Virus record (IMG/VR): IMGVR_UViG_3300035698_012898
Coordinates: 1-64,000 of that record
Direction: 5' to 3' (one strand)
Origin: a virus
DNA length: 64,000 nucleotides
A program made the position numbers and the translations under genes. The notes beneath the pieces are model-generated. The model had not been told where the DNA came from. It worked only from the letters and a program-made list of their open reading frames with translations, and made no database searches. Numbering within the stretch: the stretch's first letter is position 1; each line of letters opens with the position of its first letter. Positions 1-9,819 of this stretch are shown in pieces.

Positions 1-1845
1 ACTACTAGACAAGCGCCCCGTCCGCGCCCTTCCTTGATTGAAAGACGCATGCACACAGCCGTCCACGCCAACGTGCTTAAGCATACCTTCAATGTTAACG
101 CTTTGAAGTTTATCCGCCTTCTTAAACTCCAGAAGAACAGTAGCAAACTGACGAACCTCCAGGTCTGGCACCCACGCAAACGTCTTCAACACATCTGCCT
201 TGACAGAAGGCTGTCCTGAATCCGTATCCTCTACAGACAACTGCGCCAGATACTCTGCTGAAAAAAGAACAGTACGAATGTTGGCGTCACTTCCTGGATT
301 GAACCTCGCCTTAACCGCCTTAGCAAGCCATGACGCTTCTCTGAACCGTCTACCGGCTACAAGTCCTGCTTGATACTCCGCCATAATTGTGTCGCTGGCC
401 TGCTGTGAGAACCTTTGTACACAAGGCAACCCTGCTATGTCTTGCTGAAGCTTACTAATCTTCCGCGCGTACTCGGCTATAAGCTTCTGCAAGGTCTCCT
501 GATGCACATACAAACCCGCCTGCTCCATACGGTATAGCGGCACCAACGCTTTCATTACAAGGCCGAAAAAGACTTGCGACGATTTGAAAGCCACTCTAGA
601 AGAATCATATTGCCCATCTGCTTGAGCCAGCTTCGCCAACAGCTTCCTGTTTATACGCCACGTTGCTAGAGCATCTAATGCACACCTTTCCGCCAACACG
701 TTATAAGGCACCTTCCCAAACCGTTCCGGGTCACCCACCTCCCCAAGATACCTCTTAGACCGCGCCTTAATACTCGATATACCCAACACCTCGCTCGCTA
801 CCATGTCTAAATCATGCCCGCCAAGAATAGGATATAAGTGTGCATGAAGCAACAGGGTATCCACGTACACACCACGTACCTCAACACCCGTCCGCCTAGA
901 GACAGCGTGCAGATCAAACTTAATATTATGCCCAACCTTTTTGACCGCAGGATCGTGCAACAAAGACAACATCGCCTTCCAAGCAGCAGCATACCTTGGC
1001 AACGGCTGCTTCACACGTTGCCGCAAGAAGCGCACACCGGGAGGGTCATACGGGAGAACAAGTACCTTCGCCCCATCCGTTGCTGCTAAGCACAGCAAAC
1101 GCCAGTCATCCCGCGTGTAAAGTAAAAGTGCATCTGTCTCCACGTCAAAAGCAATCGGCGTCCCCTTCTCAACAGCACGCTTATGCATCCGCGTAATCTC
1201 TTCAGCACTTGGAATATATGACACAATGTCCTTGACTGATAACGTCCGCCGCTCAATACTCTTATCCCCCTTAAGTGCGTTGCAAAAATACTTAATGTCG
1301 CCAACAACACGATCCATCTGGTCATTATCATGTAATGCGAATGACGGATGAAATGCTGCAACTACAGGGATACTTGTTCCATCACGCAACTTATGCTCAA
1401 ACATTTGTCGCCGCTTAGTCGTTATCCCAGACTTATGAAGGAGAGACGACAAAGCAAAGTTACCAAGCAACAAGATCGCCCTTGGCCGTAACGCCTCAAT
1501 TTCATCAAGCAGAAACCCTGCACACGCCTTTACTTGACCCCCTTTTGGTTTACGCTTCGCTTGGATAGCTGGAAAGCACCGGATTGCATTTGTATATACC
1601 ACACCTGTATCCGGGTCTACACCCGCAGCCCGCAAAGTCTTCTTAAGCAGCTTCCCAGACTCCCCTACAAACGCAATGCCTATAGCATCTTCCTCGTACC
1701 CAGGAGCTTCACCGACAATCAGAATTGGATGCTTATTCATAGACCTGGATGGCATTATGAACGGATGATGAACGTGCATATACAAACCGCACTTAATACA
1801 CGACGGGTTCTCAGAACAGGGCAGGCTTCGTAGTACCTTCGGCAT
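1..1845 (-). CDS. Family A DNA polymerase with N-terminal family-4 uracil-DNA glycosylase and 3'-5' exonuclease domains (partial, runs off window)
   Basis: Not in the ORF track (no stop in window). Manual translation from ATG 1845 (GGAGG upstream): CIKC, IVGEAPGYEED, NAIRC, FHPS (UDG family 4); FDVET, HNIKFD (exo I/II); HASFNQGRARTGRLSSS (PolA) at the edge. Confidence 0.93.
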   Translation of the reverse strand, partial: MPKVLRSLPCSENPSCIKCGLYMHVHHPFIMPSRSMNKHPILIVGEAPGYEEDAIGIAFVGESGKLLKKTLRAAGVDPDTGVVYTNAIRCFPAIQAKRKPKGGQVKACAGFLLDEIEALRPRAILLLGNFALSSLLHKSGITTKRRQMFEHKLRDGTSIPVVAAFHPSFALHDNDQMDRVVGDIKYFCNALKGDKSIERRTLSVKDIVSYIPSAEEITRMHKRAVEKGTPIAFDVETDALLLYTRDDWRLLCLAATDGAKVLVLPYDPPGVRFLRQRVKQPLPRYAAAWKAMLSLLHDPAVKKVGHNIKFDLHAVSRRTGVEVRGVYVDTLLLHAHLYPILGGHDLDMVASEVLGISSIKARSKRYLGEVGDPERFGKVPYNVLAERCALDALATWRINRKLLAKLAQADGQYDSSRVAFKSSQVFFGLVMKALVPLYRMEQAGLYVHQETLQKLIAEYARKISKLQQDIAGLPCVQRFSQQASDTIMAEYQAGLVAGRRFREASWLAKAVKARFNPGSDANIRTVLFSAEYLAQLSVEDTDSGQPSVKADVLKTFAWVPDLEVRQFATVLLEFKKADKLQSVNIEGMLKHVGVDGCVHASFNQGRARTGRLSSS

Positions 1846-1858
1846 AAAAGAATCCTCC

Positions 1859-1906
1859 AAAAAAAACACGGCGGGGTAAGAGAACGGCTCACCGCTCCCC
1901 TACCCC
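1859..1906 (-). terminator. Intrinsic terminator/attenuator upstream of the polymerase
   Basis: 15-bp stem GGGGTAGGGGAGCGG-TGAG-CCGTTCTCTTACCCC (G-U pairs on minus strand), then GCCGTG and T8. Confidence 0.65.
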
Positions 1907-1917
1907 AACGCGCCCAA

Positions 1918-3000
1918 CTACGCTTGCTTCACACAGGTAGTTGTAAACCACTTCGTAATCATCCGACCAAGCACGGAGGTTGTCAACTCCTCCAAAGGCG
2001 TTTGCTTCCTCGTTGAGAAATCAATCTTGTTCGCCATGATAAACTTCCTACGAGCATCCGCTTCCTTCAACACGCCGAGCGTCAGCGTATGTGACGCTTC
2101 CTTGGCCGCGTCCACATCTACATACTGCTTACGCCGCATTTTGAACGGAGCCAACTCCTCTTTGGAGTAGACAACAGGCTCTTGCGGTGGCGCTTCCACA
2201 GGCGGATCATCTTCTACCGGCGCAGGCGCCTCCGGCTTACCCATAGGAACATCAGCTGCCTGCGCAGCCTTCGCTGACGCATCAGACTCTGCCGGCGCAC
2301 CAATCGTAGGCACCTCTCCCGCCTCAAATGCCGAGATCTCATACGCACCAATCACCACGACCTTACCAGCCGCTAACAGGTCCGCTATGACGATCACTGC
2401 TGCCTCTGCGTTCGGCACAGCTACTGTAGCCGACACCACCTTAGCCGGACACGGCACAGGCTGCTCTGCCGCCAGCCTACGCAGCTTAGCATCCGCTGTC
2501 TGCGCAGGCGCACCCGCAAAAGGCAAAGCCAGGGGCGCAGACTCACGCGGAAATACAATGTCTTCAGGCGCATCACCACCCAAAGCGGCCTCGATTGCAG
2601 CACCAAACTCATCTGCCACATCCGGAGCAACACCCAAGGCACCAAGGGCAGCCCCGTCAGGCGAAGGAGGTCCTCCAAACCCTTCCTCTTCTTCAGGAAC
2701 CGTCCCAGCAGGCCCAGGAGACACAGCCCCGTCTTCCTCTTCAGCAGACTGCAAAAGATCCTGGTCAAACAAAAACGCAACTAGGTTCTCCGGTGCAGCG
2801 TCAACACCCTTCCCACCGAAGTCATTTGCCACCGCTTGCTCACAAGCAGCAAGCAACGCGCCATGGACTTGCGCATCATCCATGTTGACATACACCGCAA
2901 ACGGCTTGTTAGGATCTTTACGATCAAACCCAAGGTACGTAATCAACTCAAGGCCAATCTCTTTCAACAAGGCGCGTGTTAATACCATCGTACTCATCAT
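1918..3000 (-). CDS. Hypothetical acidic, Pro/Ala-rich protein
   Basis: 360 aa ORF, AAGGAG RBS, low-complexity acidic linkers. Confidence 0.75.
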   Translation of the reverse strand: MMSTMVLTRALLKEIGLELITYLGFDRKDPNKPFAVYVNMDDAQVHGALLAACEQAVANDFGGKGVDAAPENLVAFLFDQDLLQSAEEEDGAVSPGPAGTVPEEEEGFGGPPSPDGAALGALGVAPDVADEFGAAIEAALGGDAPEDIVFPRESAPLALPFAGAPAQTADAKLRRLAAEQPVPCPAKVVSATVAVPNAEAAVIVIADLLAAGKVVVIGAYEISAFEAGEVPTIGAPAESDASAKAAQAADVPMGKPEAPAPVEDDPPVEAPPQEPVVYSKEELAPFKMRRKQYVDVDAAKEASHTLTLGVLKEADARRKFIMANKIDFSTRKQTPLEELTTSVLGRMITKWFTTTCVKQA

Positions 3001-3035
3001 TCTTTCTCCTTAATCCATTTCGTTTCTTGTTTACC

Positions 3036-3296
3036 CTACACCATTCTCCGAATAAACGGCAACCCACCCATCTCCTTCTCATACAACACCGTAAAGGCAG
3101 CTAGCACAGCACTCTGAACCTTCAACACACCCTTCTTCTGTCTCTGCCACCGATACATTGTTGACGTACTAACGGACATCTGATGCGCGAGTTCGTAGTC
3201 CGGCCACCCGGTTTTAGCACGCAACTTTCGCAAAGATTCCGAAAGCCCGACAACCCTAATCCACATACGGAACACCTCCTCTCTTATCCGGGCCAA
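3036..3296 (-). CDS. Cro/CI (XRE)-type HTH DNA-binding protein
   Basis: LRKLRAKTGWPDYELAHQMSVSTSTMYRWQ. Confidence 0.75.
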   Translation of the reverse strand: MARIREEVFRMWIRVVGLSESLRKLRAKTGWPDYELAHQMSVSTSTMYRWQRQKKGVLKVQSAVLAAFTVLYEKEMGGLPFIRRMV

Positions 3297-3775
3297 TTAT
3301 CACGGACCCACGCCACTGCTATACGAACACGGTTCGTTGACACACCAAAACAAGCACCCATCCTACTAACAGTTGGAAGCCTTCTACCTTTGTCCATACC
3401 AAAGACCTTAAACGACCATGCCCAATACAACTCAGGTCGTGCAATGATCTGCAAGATAGCCAAACAAACGCCATCATCAGTCTGCCCACGCAGGTATTCA
3501 ATGGCGTCGTGTATAACCGTACGACGCATAACTGTCTGACAAAACGCGCAAGGCCAGTCCTCCCTCGTCAAGCCTACAAAACGCTTCTCTCGACGTAACT
3601 CCATACCAACAGCACTCCGTACTACACGCCGCACATAACCAGACTCCGGGTCTAACGCTTGGTCCGGCGCATACTGCAATAAACGGCAGCACGTCTCCTG
3701 AGCAACGTCTTCACGCAGCCGAGCGGGGATTGACGCCGTAGCCTTAGCCAGGACATCCAACAGCGGGATACTCAA
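3284..3775 (-). CDS. Sigma70/ECF-like transcription factor
   Basis: Region-2-like REDVAQETCCRLL..YVRRVVRSAVGMELRREKR and C-terminal HTH (MGACFGVSTNRV); probable TTG start overlapping the upstream stop, GGAGG RBS. Confidence 0.55.
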   Translation of the reverse strand: MSIPLLDVLAKATASIPARLREDVAQETCCRLLQYAPDQALDPESGYVRRVVRSAVGMELRREKRFVGLTREDWPCAFCQTVMRRTVIHDAIEYLRGQTDDGVCLAILQIIARPELYWAWSFKVFGMDKGRRLPTVSRMGACFGVSTNRVRIAVAWVRDNWPG

Positions 3776-4386
3776 AGCGCTTCCTCCTCTCCAAGACTTT
3801 CTTCCATGCAACCCAATGGCTCCTCAGCTTCTTCCGGCACCACACAAGGTGCCTCTTCTAAGGCAGCCTCACGCATTGGAGACACGTCACCCAACACACC
3901 GCCCTCCGGGATCACTTTGCCGTTGACCCGTAAGGGCCGGACGCCTGCTTTGTTTGGCGGCGCGTTACTATATAGAATCGTAACTGCCTCGTCACCCATT
4001 TCCTGTATTGCCATGCGTGCGTCTCGTGCCAGCAACTCGACAGTGTCACCCTCTACGGCCTCAAGCATGGCAATCAAGGAATCTACCTGGACAACAACGC
4101 CCGTTTCCCTAATTCCGCCGCTAACAGACAGTTCACGCACGTAAAAAGCCGCGGCGGAACCAAGACGATCTTCCATAAGCCTTTCATCGCGCAGCAACAT
4201 CGTTACCCCATGAGGACACTTTTCCTCAACAGCGCTCGCACGAACACCACGTGCCACCAAAGCGCGTACTGGAGACCCATCATTGCTTATGGCAATCACG
4301 CACGCATCGCCATACTCATAAAGGTCAACGCAGGCTTTTCCGTCTTCCCCACGTGGTAGGTTAAATATCATATCCGTCACGTTCAT
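3772..4386 (-). CDS. Hypothetical protein
   Basis: ORF tightly packed between helicase and sigma-like gene, GGAGG RBS. Confidence 0.7.
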   Translation of the reverse strand: MNVTDMIFNLPRGEDGKACVDLYEYGDACVIAISNDGSPVRALVARGVRASAVEEKCPHGVTMLLRDERLMEDRLGSAAAFYVRELSVSGGIRETGVVVQVDSLIAMLEAVEGDTVELLARDARMAIQEMGDEAVTILYSNAPPNKAGVRPLRVNGKVIPEGGVLGDVSPMREAALEEAPCVVPEEAEEPLGCMEESLGEEEAL

Positions 4387-4390
4387 AGCC

Positions 4391-6271
4391 TTAATCCTCC
4401 CATGCAAGGTGCTGAAGAAAGTCCCGCTTGTTCAAAGACACAACGCTCTGCCCTGACCGAGATGTAACCCCGCGCACCGCTTCCTGTTTCTGCATCACCA
4501 TCCTGTCAATGTATCCGTCCAAACTCGGCCTAAGCAGAAGCCGTTCAATCACGACAGTACGGTCCTGCCCAATCCGATGTATCCTATCCTGCGACTGCGA
4601 CCAAGACAATAACGACCAGTCCATCTGAAAGTACACAGCATGCGCTGCCCGTTGTAAGTTATGCCCTTCACGCAAGGCGGCTACCGTAGCCACCAGCACA
4701 CGAACGTCGCCTGACACGAACCCTGCTAACGCCTGCGTCTTCTCCTGTCCTGGCAACCCACCGTAGACCCTGGTAACAAACCCGCCACCAAACTTCTCTA
4801 CAAGCCTCTGACGAATTGCATCTACAACATTGCGATGCACACACCATACAACAACCTTACCTGTTGTTTCATTCAACGTCTCCAGCAAGGCGTCAAACTT
4901 CGCCGACGCAGTACATGCCGGATCAACAACCTCTGGCATTGCTGCCGCACGAATCACACGCTGCATACCTGCCGCCAAGTTGCTTCCGGGACGCACACGA
5001 ACGACGTCCCCCTTCTCCTGCTTGACCCAATGTGTAAGATCATCCCGAATGCCATTGAGCAACGTACGCTGTGCCTTGCCCGGAACGGGCTCCCGTACCT
5101 TGTATATCTTCTCGGGCAGCCCCAGACATTCCGTCTTAGTCCGACGTAAGGATACCGCAGCCACCTTGGCACGCAGCCCCGCCAAGTTCTTGAACCCCAC
5201 AGTCTTCTCAATCCTACGCGGCCCATACTTAGTGGCCACAAACATATGTTCTACATCACAGTACTCATGACGATGCGCACGAAACGACCCACCTAGTAAA
5301 CGACCACCATCCAAGTAATGAATCTGTGACCATACATCTTCCGGCCCCTCAGCAAGCAGTGTACCTGTCAGTATAAACCGCACACGAGCTACGGCAGAGA
5401 CACTACACAGGACGTTCGTCGTCTTAGCAGACCACGACTTGATCTTGTGACTCTCGTCTAACACAAGTGCCGTTGGTTGCGCTTGCAATAACGTCAACAA
5501 CCCATGAGCATCCTTGTTCAAGGGTAATCTACGTCTTGTAAACGCATTCACGATAGTCACGTCTGCTTGTCCCTGGCCAGGACTACGCCCAAGCAACTCG
5601 TAATTCACTATGTACACATCCGCTCCTACTGACCAATCCCTATCCCGTGGAGGTAAGCCATAAAGCCGGCGCACACAAAGCCATGGTGTGTGCTGACGAA
5701 TCTCCCGCTCTCAATGCGCTACCAGATCCGGCTTGCAGACAATGACCACCGTTGACACCACACCGCCAGCCTTAAGGTCTGCTACTGCATAGATAGCTTG
5801 GATAGTCTTGCCCAAGCCGCACTCGTCAAGCAAGGCGAAATACCCGGTACGCTCACCAGCATCTATCATACGCACGATACCTTCAATCTCATGCACATAA
5901 AGAGGAGTCTGCGTAATAGTGCCGTGAGGCAGCTTTACCCGACGCCGACTATAAGAGGCCGGAACGGTGCCTTCCTGAACCACACCGCAGGAGGAATTGC
6001 GGCCGGAAGCTGCACCACGTATAGGTTCAGCATCATGGACACACATTACACAGACTCCTTTGTGTGCGCACGAGACACGTGCGCTGTAAACTACACTAAC
6101 GGGCAAACTCCACAACCCCATAGCAAGCAACGAGACGCGGGCCTCGGCCTTCTCAGCCCTAGCACATTCAGAAGCCCTAAGCACTTGTGCGCTACCCAGT
6201 ACACGCTGCATCACAGCCTGCTTGGTGGCCAAAGCATCCTCAAGCATAGCAATCTTCTCTTGTATCTTCAT
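4391..6271 (-). CDS. SNF2-family helicase/ATPase interrupted by one in-frame TGA at 5711-5713
   Basis: Motif I LLDECGLGKT in ORF 5711..6382; motifs II DESH, III TGT, VI QSQDRIHRIGQ in ORF 4391..5674; same frame, joined as DLVAH*EREIRQHTPWL. Confidence 0.85.
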
Positions 6272-6329
6272 TGTCATCTCTCCTTTTTGTGACGTGCGCG
6301 TCACCCGGACCCCTTTGTATGTGCTGGCA

Positions 6330-6926
6330 TCACCCATGCTCTGACATCTCTTCCTCACACCAGCACCCAAACCAACCACCACGCCGCAACAGCGGCCTAT
6401 ACAACTTCCGTAGCGCCCTCATCTCCTTGGCATAATCTGTACAGATGTTTGGCCAGATGTCCATGTAAATTACACTATACCGTCCAGGATACAAGGCATC
6501 CGGCGGATCGAACACATTGCCGTGAAGCACGGTAACCTTTCCGCCTGATGGTAACTGGGGTGCCACCAAAGTAATCACGTCTTGTTGTTTCTCGACAACA
6601 GTCACCTGATTTACTGCCTCCTTGGTGCAGGCACCGAGGACGGTCATACCCATGCCAAGACCGCCTATAAGAACGTCGCCTCGTGCCTGTTGCAAAAACT
6701 CGTCATTAGTATCACGCTCCATCTCGGTGTCGCTCATCACCAGTTCACCGTCGATTAGGAGGCTCATGTAGTCCCCCTCCGATACACACTGACAACGGCC
6801 CGGATTAAGCGCTTCCCTCAATCGGGACAGACTGGCAGCTTGCGTATCAACTGTGAACCTCTTGAGTTGTGCAGAACCAATATGCCCTTCCTGCAAAACC
6901 TCGGCCATCCGTGGAAACTTCAGCAT
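6330..6926 (-). CDS. Spermidine-synthase-like class I SAM-dependent transferase
   Basis: LVMSDT, VLIGGLGMG, VTVVEK, IYMDIW. Confidence 0.8.
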   Translation of the reverse strand: MLKFPRMAEVLQEGHIGSAQLKRFTVDTQAASLSRLREALNPGRCQCVSEGDYMSLLIDGELVMSDTEMERDTNDEFLQQARGDVLIGGLGMGMTVLGACTKEAVNQVTVVEKQQDVITLVAPQLPSGGKVTVLHGNVFDPPDALYPGRYSVIYMDIWPNICTDYAKEMRALRKLYRPLLRRGGWFGCWCEEEMSEHG

Positions 6927-7849
6927 TCCATCCTCCTTTGCTTACGTGACTTATTCTGTCTCTGTTGCCGACGCGCTTCCGCACGACGTGCTCGACAAAT
7001 CTCCGTACACTTGTCCAGCTTGGCCGCAGTCTGTTCTGCAAATGCCCGAATCTCAGCAAAGCCCGCCGCGGACCCGAGCGTATCCCGATACACCTTGATC
7101 CGCCTAACAAGCTCACGCAACTTCACAGCACGGTGCGCGAAGCTAGACGGCTTCTGGTCAGCCAATGCGCGGAGCAAGGGCAATGCCTCCTGTACAATCT
7201 TCTCAACGGCTTCCTTAACGGACGACAAGTACACGGTAGCAATATCCTCTGCCTCTCGTGTACCCGCTACAACCCGTAAACGATTCAAGCGCACCTCCCC
7301 ACCCGTATTGACAGCAGAACCAATCGCTGTCTCCAAGGTAGTAAGCACATGCGCGTATCCACTTGGGACAAAGTACACACCACCGGTCTCCCGTATAGCC
7401 ACGCCACAAGCAAGACGAACAATCACGTCACGCAACAAACAGCCAACCTCAGCCGCCAACAAACCCCCACTCGTCGTGGACAATGCTTCCCTAACAGAAC
7501 GGGTAAACCCTGTGTCCATCTTGAACCGAACATCCCCAGTCCGCTTATCCAACGTCACCACCTCACGTAAAGCCCCGCGCCAACTCTCCGTACCCAGATC
7601 GGTATGCTCCTCAACAACAGCGAAACTAACCTTTATACCGTCCTCACCAATCTTACGTATGGTTCCTTCTGCAACAGCTTGGTCAATTGCACGTCGAAGA
7701 TACGTTGCCGGTTCAGTCTTCTTAGCCTTGGCCTTGATCCCTGCCTCGTCCAGAGCATTCTGGACGTCCTCGCGCTGCATGTACACGTTACGCAAAGACC
7801 AGCAAACGATCTCGCCGTATCCGTCAGCACCAACATCCTGCATATTCAT
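6920..7849 (-). CDS. Conserved hypothetical protein associated with the AAA+/vWA pair (DUF6744-like)
   Basis: GEIVCWSL..., GGVYFVP motif; translationally coupled (ATGA) to the vWA gene; family assignment from memory only. Confidence 0.6.
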   Translation of the reverse strand: MNMQDVGADGYGEIVCWSLRNVYMQREDVQNALDEAGIKAKAKKTEPATYLRRAIDQAVAEGTIRKIGEDGIKVSFAVVEEHTDLGTESWRGALREVVTLDKRTGDVRFKMDTGFTRSVREALSTTSGGLLAAEVGCLLRDVIVRLACGVAIRETGGVYFVPSGYAHVLTTLETAIGSAVNTGGEVRLNRLRVVAGTREAEDIATVYLSSVKEAVEKIVQEALPLLRALADQKPSSFAHRAVKLRELVRRIKVYRDTLGSAAGFAEIRAFAEQTAAKLDKCTEICRARRAEARRQQRQNKSRKQRRMEC

Positions 7850-9819
7850 CCTTGTTTCCTCCCGTGATTGCCATTGCCATCATCAAACCGATAGAACACA
7901 TTGCGCGTTACCGCGTCAACCATCCTTCGTATCCCAACCTCCATCGTGTCAGTACCAGATGCTACTACCACGTCAAAGAAGTAAGAGTTAGCCTGCTCTA
8001 CCGCAGCCAGCGCAGCCGCATCAGGTGACCCACCAAGAAGAACAAAGCCAAACAACCTGCATCCACGTGGCAAACCGTGCTCACGAATTTTCTGGATTGC
8101 CTGATAGGCACGAACAGCCCTCTCATCATAACTGTTGTTACAATGCCCACCCTGCAAGTATTGTTTAACCGCATCAGGACTAGGAGCATCACCCTGTCCA
8201 TCCGTCACGTAAAGCACATCCGCCATCTCAAAGTTGCCAACAAACTTATCCCGAAACAAACTAGGCAATCCCGTCAACGCCCTTACAAATGACGTACCCC
8301 CAGACGGCTGAAGGCCAAGACATTTACTAATCGCCTTGGCATATCGTGCCCTGCTAGCGTGCCTAGCCTGTGCCTCAAAGATCATCGCAGAATCACGACA
8401 TAACCCGGCAGTGAACGGCACAATAGCAAAGTCCCTACCACGACGCCTGGCATACTGCGCCATAGTCAGAGCGAACGCACCAGCAATTGCATGTCGTGTT
8501 ACCCTTTGCCCCCTAAACTTCGTCGTGGTCCCCATAGACCCGGACGTATCCACCAAGATTACAAACGGCCCATGTCCGCCATCGTCTACTGTCAACCGCT
8601 CCGCTTGTAGCAACGAAGCATCAACAAGACGGGCATAGTGCAGTACGTCCAACCCGTCATCGTCAGCAGCCAAAACGTACTCACTAGGCATCATCCTAAC
8701 ACGATCACCACCCAAGGTAACGCCTAGCATTTCACCATCACCATGCAAAGACGCTACCATAGCGTCCCCAACAATAGAATCCATTCGGCCTAAAATTGAC
8801 AAGACGGATGCATAAATGTCAGTAATACCGTCACCACGAATAAGCAACTCTGCCATCGCCTTAATAGAAGCCAACTCAGCAAGGTCGCCTTGTGGATCGA
8901 TATAAGTGTGCCCTATGCCTGTCCCTGTCAAATCACGCACCAGCTTATCAACTGTATCAACGCCTTGCTCCATGCCAGATGAATCCAACGCAGACCTTAA
9001 AGATCTAAAAGCGTCACCCAAATCCATTACAGGCAAAGAAACACTTTCCTGTTGCTGCTCGTCTACTGAACCCCCTTGTTGCTGGCCGCCTGGAGCATCC
9101 CCACTACCACCAGGCTCTTCACCGTCCTTCGCCTTAGCTTTATCCTTCTCTTCCTGTGCAGCTTCCTTACCAGCAGCGGCGCAGGCAGCAGCTAATCCAC
9201 CAGCAACCTTCTGTTTCTGATTCGTCATCTCTTCAAGAATCATAACAGCAGCAGCGGCAGCACGCGCAGGCTTACCCGCAACGGCAGAACGTATTGCCAA
9301 CCAACAATCACCTTCTTGTGCGCTTCGTAATAATCCAAGAGCAATAGGTGACCGTGGGTTAGGGTCCTCTACCATTTCCCGCATTAACAAAGAGCGGTAC
9401 AAATCACCAAACACTGTGTCCACACAAGCCTTCCCATTATAAACAACATCACGTACAAGTAAGTTGGCTTTCTCTTGCCTCTCCAGAGAAGGCATCCCAT
9501 AATAAACAGGCCACCCTTTGAGCACCCCCTTTAGGACACCTTTGGTCACATGCTTATATAGCGCGTCCAGCGTGCCTGCTAAAGAATCTCCTCGATGCAA
9601 AGCACGAACCAAAAACCTGTCAAAATGACTTGGCTCCTGAAGATACGGTGACCGAACATTATACTCTGCTACCGACAACATCCTATGCGCCGAAACCGCT
9701 ACACCTGAAAGAGACTCGGAAACATGCACCCCAGGCAACCTGTAAGCAGATGCCGCCTGTGCATCTTGCCCTCGTGGTAGCTTCTTAAACGGTACGATAG
9801 CCCGGCTTTTAGATAGCAT
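7846..9819 (-). CDS. ViaA-like vWA domain protein
   Basis: MIDAS DTSGSM, GGTSF, VTDG; GVTLGGD..RMMPSE segment typical of ViaA/CoxE-like proteins. Confidence 0.88.
   Translation of the reverse strand: MLSKSRAIVPFKKLPRGQDAQAASAYRLPGVHVSESLSGVAVSAHRMLSVAEYNVRSPYLQEPSHFDRFLVRALHRGDSLAGTLDALYKHVTKGVLKGVLKGWPVYYGMPSLERQEKANLLVRDVVYNGKACVDTVFGDLYRSLLMREMVEDPNPRSPIALGLLRSAQEGDCWLAIRSAVAGKPARAAAAAVMILEEMTNQKQKVAGGLAAACAAAGKEAAQEEKDKAKAKDGEEPGGSGDAPGGQQQGGSVDEQQQESVSLPVMDLGDAFRSLRSALDSSGMEQGVDTVDKLVRDLTGTGIGHTYIDPQGDLAELASIKAMAELLIRGDGITDIYASVLSILGRMDSIVGDAMVASLHGDGEMLGVTLGGDRVRMMPSEYVLAADDDGLDVLHYARLVDASLLQAERLTVDDGGHGPFVILVDTSGSMGTTTKFRGQRVTRHAIAGAFALTMAQYARRRGRDFAIVPFTAGLCRDSAMIFEAQARHASRARYAKAISKCLGLQPSGGTSFVRALTGLPSLFRDKFVGNFEMADVLYVTDGQGDAPSPDAVKQYLQGGHCNNSYDERAVRAYQAIQKIREHGLPRGCRLFGFVLLGGSPDAAALAAVEQANSYFFDVVVASGTDTMEVGIRRMVDAVTRNVFYRFDDGNGNHGRKQG

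Noticed and set aside
5671-5713. Selenocysteine insertion at the helicase UGA
   Set aside because: Position corresponds to Trp, not Cys, in SNF2 proteins; no sel genes in window
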